DNA of 63,603 nt, the filler included, from Craspedostauros australis (lineage: Eukaryota): the NCBI GenBank assembly GCA_030167865.1. It is 10 parts of 10 records of this genome, joined end to end, with 100 filler letters (N's around TTAATTAATTAA, not from the genome) between each part and the next. Parts side by side here need not be neighbours in the genome. Positions count along the whole stretch, not along the records: positions 56,350 to 57,712 come from JALAGF010003903.1; positions 57,813 to 59,244 come from JALAGF010003904.1; positions 59,345 to 63,603 come from JALAGF010003907.1; 7 more parts are not named here. The stretch is one strand, 5' to 3'. This document shows positions 56,942 to 63,603 of this stretch, piece by piece. The translations under genes were made by a program, and so were the position numbers. Numbering within the stretch: position 1 is the first letter of the stretch; the number at the start of each line of letters is the position of its first letter. Below the pieces are notes generated by a model, which worked only from the letters and a program-made list of their open reading frames with translations, did no database searches and was not told the DNA's origin.

Positions 56942-57812
56942 GGTGTCGGAGAGTTGCGTGATGTTTCGAATTTGCTCGATTGTTTTGTGCAGGGCAGATG
57001 TTGTTGTGTTGGATCTTCGGAGAAATTGTGAGAAGGGTTTTCATCTTCGGATGAGGGATGCGGTGCCTCTTGTTTCATCCCAGCGCGCATTCGCACGCAA
57101 TTGTGTGTATGTCATGGTACGACCTACAATACTCGTACCTACCATACACGCAGATGCACAGCAGCAGCAACATTCATGATGCGAACTGCAACTGCAGCAC
57201 AAGCGTCCTCATGTCACCACGTCCTCAGCTGTCGTTCTGTTGTTCTGTCGTTCTGTTGCAGTTGTATCTTCCTTCGCCTCGTCTTGTCTCATCCTGTGTC
57301 GGGGGAGATTTTGTCCACTCTCCTTCCGACCGTGTCAACATCGTTTCACCGACTTGATTCCTCAAGAAGGGAGCGAAGAATGAGAGTATGCATTGCGATA
57401 CGTGATGTCATGAGTTGTGACGAGATGAGGCGATTGTGTTGATCGAAGCCCACTATGTGTGATACTATGCTGAGCTTCCCCACTGGTTGCCGCCAATTAA
57501 GAGAGGGCAAGCGCGGAACAAATGCATCACGGTATGCCATCATGGTATAAATGCCAGCACTTTATCAAAGTGGACGGGTCCTTCTCTTCTTTTGTGGACA
57601 CGGCATCGCCTCACTGGTTGCCAACTTCTGGTTGTTGTTGTTGGAAGTTCGCAGATGATGACACACAAGCGGCCCTGGGTGGGCGCCCTCGAGCGATCCT
57701 TCATCCGCAAGANNNNNNNNNNNNNNNNNNNNNNNNNNNNNNNNNNNNNNNNNNNNTTAATTAATTAANNNNNNNNNNNNNNNNNNNNNNNNNNNNNNNN
57801 NNNNNNNNNNNN

Positions 57813-58828
57813 GCGCTCGTGTTGAGCATCCTCACGAAGACTGCAGCAGGAGATGGCAAGTGCGGCGATCCATGGCGCGAACCATGCCTCTCCGATTCTG
57901 ACAAGCGTTACAAGTCGGGCCTCAATTACGATATCATTGAGCAAAACAAAGTCAAGGTGCGTTTGCGACAGTGGAAATGGTATCGCCGCTGAGTGTCTCG
58001 GTCCTCCGCATCCGTCGCTTGCTGTGAGGAGACACGATCCGCTCTAACCTTTTGTGTCTTGCCTTGCCTTGCTGCCATTGTCATCGTTTTGGGTGATTGT
58101 ACTCTCTCCATCAATCCATGCATGCATGCATACATCCATGCTTCGACAACCACTTCAATCATTGCTTCCAGGCTCTCTTCACCGGATACTACATGTGCGA
58201 CATGTTCGCATACGGGCCAGACGGGCAGCCGATGGAAGTCCGCAGAGGGGTCCTTCCTGGACTCGGTCCAATTGCCCTTCAGTCCTTCCCTTACAAGGTC
58301 TTCAACAATTACACCGTCGACGGCACCAGGGCCTTCAACCACCGTTACAGAGTGTCCAAAGCAGCACCCGGAAGCACCAACCCTGGTATGGCGCAGGCCG
58401 TGGATATCTACGGCACGTCAACCTTCGAGCTTGACGGGACGGTTGTCACGTTGCCATTCGCACAGAATATCGCTGGTCCGGATGGAACCGTCGACAACTT
58501 GGAACCGACCATCACGTACTCGATTGGAAACAATACGGTCGTAACGCAAGGTCTTGGGACGTTCTCCGCAGGCACAAATGTCATCGCCGTGATCACCTGC
58601 ACTGATGCCACTTGCGACAATGCACGCGAGATGGTCTCGTTCTATAACAATTCCGAGCTCGTATTCTTCCAGGCTTGTCACCAGAAGCGTGTGACGGAGC
58701 AAGAATTCGTCGATCAGATCAAGGCCTCTTACGAAGCTTCTGCGATCCCAGTGCCAGCGCGCCCAGTTGTCCCCATGACTGGTCCATCTGCATCTGGAAT
58801 GTTCCCCACGGAGGAACAGTGGTGCCAG
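57813..58828 (+). CDS. Secreted hypothetical protein, continuation; intron 57957-58171, next donor at 58829
   Basis: AAG|GTGCGT..TTCCAG|GCT joins IIEQNKVK to ALFTGYYMCDMFAYGPDG; frame continues to FPTEEQWCQ|GTAAGC. Confidence 0.65.
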
Positions 58829-59344
58829 GTAAGCTCTGCCGCGAAAGCAATGCGAACTGCACAGAAGCAGATGGAGTGGTTTCATCGATGTCCATATCCA
58901 TAAAGAGAGATTCTGTCTGGGGAGACCAAAAATGGCCATTTTGGGCTCAGGAGACAAAGTTACCCGGAGGTTCGCCAAAATCCGGTCTGAGGAGACAATT
59001 TTCANNNNNNNNNNNNNNNNNNNNNNNNNNNNNNNNNNNNNNNNNNNNNNNNNNNNNNNNNNNNNNNNNNNNNNNNNNNNNNNNNNNNNNNNNNNNNNNN
59101 NNNNNNNNNNNNNNNNNNNNNNNNNNNNNNNNNNNNNNNNNTGGCAACAACCCTCCCTCTCCAACCTCCTTGCCTGCTGTGGTTCATTTCATCCCATCAT
59201 CAACCTCGCACCTCCTTGCTTATCATTCGCAGCATCCCCCATACNNNNNNNNNNNNNNNNNNNNNNNNNNNNNNNNNNNNNNNNNNNNTTAATTAATTAA
59301 NNNNNNNNNNNNNNNNNNNNNNNNNNNNNNNNNNNNNNNNNNNN

Positions 59345-62300
59345 AATGAACTAGATGACATCCTGATAATGATGGATCGAGGATTCATAGATCTCAAGTT
59401 GGTGCAGAGGCTGCTCGAACTTGGCGCTGAGATCCAAGGCACGCACAAACGAACAGGGTACCTACCATTTGGGTATGGTCCCCATGGAGCCATCAGCAAC
59501 AAGCAAATTGACATCCATCAGTTCGGACCAAAACGACTTTGGATTGCCGTCACCACACAAATTGCTGGTCGTCCCTTCGAATGCGCCGCATATCGCGACA
59601 ATGGGAAGGTGGTCCTTACTGTCTCCACACAGCCGCATGGATTTGCGTGGGATCTGACTCTCCGCCACGCTTCGGATGAGAAGAAATACAACGCTCGTCT
59701 CAATTGCTCATTCGGTGCTGACCTACAAGACGACCGCTACCATCAATACTTCTCTCTCTTATACTCAAGCCCGCGGCGATCATCATCAGTGCGCGCTGCG
59801 TATGCTGCTGCAGATGCCATAGACCAAGGCATATTGTCTGGCATCCAACAAGACGATTCCAGCACAGACGAGTCTCCAGGTCCTCAATCTGCTTTGGACG
59901 ATGGAAAGAAGGCCCTCCAGTCTGCGATGAAGAAATGGAAGGACCAACTGCATGCTCTGCGTGTGGATGGATTGACTTGCTCGCAGGGAGACCCCCTTTG
60001 GTTCATGTTGCGCAAGTTTGCGCTGACAAGTTCATCCACATATGGCTTGCTCAAATGCGTCTTGGACTGCACCGAGTGGTGCAAACCTCAAAATCAGACC
60101 ATCTTCCGCCAAGAATCGTGGGCAGCTGTCGCCAGGTACCTTGGTATCAACCCTGAGGAAACTGTGCAGAAGTTGCGAGACGAACAGGCCTCTCAAAAGG
60201 CCTTGCTTGATGCAAAGAGAGACTACGAGCGGCTCACAAATGAGCAAGACAACTCATCGTCATTGGAGGCCAACATACGAGCCTCGGTTGCGCACTGGTC
60301 GGAGAATGACTGCTCAGCAGAAAGTCTGCACCTGTCTGCACTCGCGCAGCTCTTTTGCGCCGATGGAAACAAGCGTCCAGTCAAGACGTTGCGGAACAAG
60401 CTCAGCCTCATCCTGAGCACCCATGGGAAGGCAAGTCGCAAGTACTGCGCGATGACACCAAAAACACTTCAAGGGCTGTGCAGGAAGCAGCTCTCGAAGG
60501 ACATGGGCATCCGTGACAAGGCTGCAATGATTGCTGCTTTGGCCAGTGCAAACCAAGCCAGCCCATCTCCGAATCTTACAACAAACAACTGCAGGACCAG
60601 CACCACATCACCCTGCAAGAAAGGAGACAGTGCTGCACAGGCAGCTGCGACCCAACAGTCAAGCGATGCTGCAGCCGGCATCAACCACGACTCCGGCAGG
60701 TTTGCAAATGCACCTAGTACGTCCAGTCGCAGTGCCTCTCCTTCATCTGCATCGTCCGCTTCGGTGTCTGCCACATCGGCTCCTCTTCCATCCACATCTA
60801 CAATACGCAGAATGAGGTCATCTGCTTCTAGATGGACGAAGCCATCTCAATCCACATCAAAGTCAAGGCGCACAAATTCCATCTGCCGCCATCGAGGAGA
60901 ATCTTTGTCTGCTCACCACACTTCAACATCTACAACCTCATTCGCCGGCACTTCCGCTTCACCTGCAGCTAAATCTTCCACATCTTCAACTTCAGCATGC
61001 GACGCACACCCCACTGAAGTATTCGTAGCTGCAGCATCTGCGCCCAAGACTTTGGGCTCACCTGCATCACAATCCACAGCGTCCACATCTAACAGGCTGG
61101 TCCCTCGTACATCAGGCACGCCAGCTTCCGCCACAACAGCATCCAGCGCATCTACCTCTGGTCCATCCACTGCTACCACATCCACATCAAATGCATGTGC
61201 CTCCAGTAGATCAGAGACTCCAGGCACATTGGCATTCACTGACATGTGCCCGCCAGACGAAAACACTGCTGCACATGATAACAGAGGTAGCTCAGAGGAC
61301 AGCACTCCTTTGTCGCCAGCCAACAATGCGGATTCAGCTACAGCAGCCTCAAGAAACAGTACCTCCATCCTCCAGCCTGATACACCAAGAGAACGCAACG
61401 TACAAGTCGCACCAAGTGGAGAAGGTGATGGCACCATATCGCCCCAGTTGCTGGAATTGCAGCAACAGCTTGCAAAGATGGCTTTGCAGGCATGGTTCAT
61501 GAAGCCCCAGCATGGCAAATCCAATGCCTACACACGTCTTGGACACGCAAATGAGGAACCACTGATGAGAGCAGCCATGGACTGCGAACATGTGGGTGGA
61601 AGCAACTCAACCATCAAGGCTGCATTTCGCGCTGGCCTCGTCCAGAAACAGAGCAAAGCCTACGCACGTGCTTCCGTCGATTTCCTGAGCATCGTGGGCG
61701 ATCCAACCAACGACACACATGATGAGGTATTCATCGTGGAGATGAAGACGAGATCAACACAGACAACCAAACTGAAAGAAGAGTCGCATCAGAAGCGTGC
61801 GGAGCATGAGCACAATTTCCCAACCAGCACCCATCTATATCTGAATGCACAAGACGAAAAGTATCGCTCACTCTTCCAGGCAGATGAAGAAATGATTCAG
61901 GTGCTTCACCATGCATATGTTTATGGTGTGAGAGGAGCTCTGATTGTGATTGGTAAGTGCGCCTAGTGGCAAATGCAACACAGGTTCTCCATGTCCTGAT
62001 GGCTTCGCTTGATTCCGTACCAACCACGCCTTTCTTCTCACGCAACTTTGCATCTCTATTCCATGACCACTGACTCACATTATCGCTCAAATGGGTGGCA
62101 GGAGACAAGAAGGCAAACATCTTGCGCAGTGTAGGAACGAGGTTTTCTCTTGGCCTCTTGCATCACTATGAGAACGTTCTTGAAGATGTATCCCGATTGC
62201 TCTTGGCATTTGCCTACCCCCAAAATTTTCCAGAGGCCGACCAACAGTCCTCCAAGACACTCCTTGCAGATTTCCTCAAGCTGAACCCAAAGACGAACAA

Positions 62301-63540
62301 GTTCCGTGGAGCGAGCAAGAACCTGTGGAACCTCACAGCGGATGACCTATTCCATCACCAGAAGATTTGGCAAACCTGCCACAACAATCTTGCTTTCCCA
62401 GTACCTCCAGTGAAGACCTTCCTCCCCCTGAACTGCGCTGTATGGAACTGCCTGAAGGGTGGGTCCGACATAACAACAAAACTGATCCGGCAGCACGAAG
62501 CGCCCCCGCCCATTGCAACGGTTCAGTGCGTAGCAGTCGGTCGACAGCTACAAACCATATTTGTGGTGCTGCACCGATTGATTCAGCACACAACAGAGGC
62601 ACAATCCGAGCGTGAAATTGGAACAGACCACACAGACACCATTGAACACTACCGCAACAGAGCAAATCATGAGTGGAGTGTGAACAGGTCGATGGGACGA
62701 ATCATCGCCCGGTTGCGCAAGTTGCTCGCAGTCGCGGCTGCAGACAAAAGAAAGAGCAAGAAACAAAAGGGAGGCACGGAGATGGTGGTCCACAAAACTG
62801 TTATCATTCCAGCAGGCGTACCAGCCGTCGAAGATGGCAAGATGCAACCACAGGGATCTCCCCAAAGACCATCAAAAGTGAAAGGAATTCTTGCCAGCCT
62901 ATCCACGATGGAGTCCGAGGAGGAGATCAAGATGACCAAACGGTTGCGGCAGGGTGAGCATGCAGCAAGATACTGTCCAGATGTGAGGGGGACCTGTGTT
63001 GTCTGTTCAGCACGTACACACTGGATCTGTCCAGGATGCAACTTGTATGCCTGCGGATACATCGAACCTGACAAACAGGAGTGGCTTGCAAAATGTGACA
63101 TTGCCCCAACTGTGGCACTAAGAAATATCGCAAAGGGAGCGGACGCAATCATTATTCAGAACTCCTGCCATCGAATTGTGCACCAGGAGCCCGTGGAATG
63201 GGCAGATAAGGTAAAGGCCCAGCGTCAACGGGAAAAAGCCATGACAATGAACGCCTCTATCAGTGCAAGCGCAGACAAGACAACCACCGCAGCAACAGAA
63301 GCAGCCACAGAGATAGGAAGAGAGATGAGAAACAAAAGCAAAGACGATGCCAACGGCGAAGCAACCACTGCTGAGACAAACCAAGCAAACGCAGCCACAA
63401 GAATTAGCCCAAGGGCACCTGTCTTGAATCTGGAAGCGGCGATACAGGCTGCGCACAGGGCAGCCGCCAAAGCCAGGATCCAAAGCAGAGACACAGAGGT
63501 CATAACTCATGGTCTGCGCGGAAGGAAGCGGAAACGATGA
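59345..63540 (+). mobile_element. piggyBac-like DDD transposase with inserted YqaJ/lambda-exonuclease-like domain; exons <59345-61952 and 62102-63540
   Basis: ILIMMDRGF..GTHKR..AYRDNGKVVLTVST (like the piggyBac second Asp, GTxR and xxD..V..LST motifs); TRLGHANE..GLV..ASVDF..VEMKTR..QVLHH (YqaJ PD-(D/E)xK motifs); WNCLKGGSD (like piggyBac YNxxKGGVD, third Asp); C-terminal CVVC..THWICPGCNLYAC..CH Cys-rich domain and basic tail RGRKRKR. Phase-1 intron G|GTAAGT..CTCAC..CAG|GA at 61953-62101. Confidence 0.75.
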
Positions 63541-63603
63541 TACACAATACATATAATGCACACTGATGTATTCCATGCACAAGCGGCTTGCAAGGATGAC
63601 TGT

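Noticed and set aside
59289..59300. TTAA repeats next to the piggyBac-like ORF as a target-site duplication
   Set aside because: It is the artificial TTAATTAATTAA spacer found in the middle of nine N gaps.
1..63603. tRNA, rRNA or snRNA genes
   Set aside because: None recognisable by eye; a tRNAscan-SE/Infernal run would be needed to exclude them.

Overview
Eukaryotic draft scaffold, most likely a diatom (inferred from bipartite 'A-F-x-P' plastid-targeting presequences, compact intron-poor genes and diatom-type families). Contigs are joined by N runs, nine of which carry an artificial TTAATTAATTAA spacer. Recognisable genes: plastid 2-isopropylmalate synthase, SART1/Snu66, L-2-hydroxyglutarate dehydrogenase, low-specificity threonine aldolase, a cytochrome P450, a RING-H2 ligase, a DUF1769-like gene with an in-frame TAG, an aldo-keto-reductase-like gene and several hypotheticals. 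Three items stand out. (1) A spliced ORF of about 1350 aa or more at 59.3-63.5 kb that looks like a piggyBac-type DDD transposase with a YqaJ/lambda-exonuclease domain and SAP-like motifs inserted between its second and third catalytic aspartates, with a candidate element end inside an intron of the neighbouring gene. (2) Four paralogous SWACOS/COG3899-type STAND NTPases lacking the usual kinase/GAF/histidine-kinase modules but sharing short N- and C-terminal motifs. (3) An FG-nucleoporin-like protein built of 389-aa modules combining four EF-hand-like motifs, a RanBP2 zinc finger and FG repeats. Two exact inverted duplications are most probably mis-oriented contigs. All assignments come from reading motifs by eye; no database searches were run.
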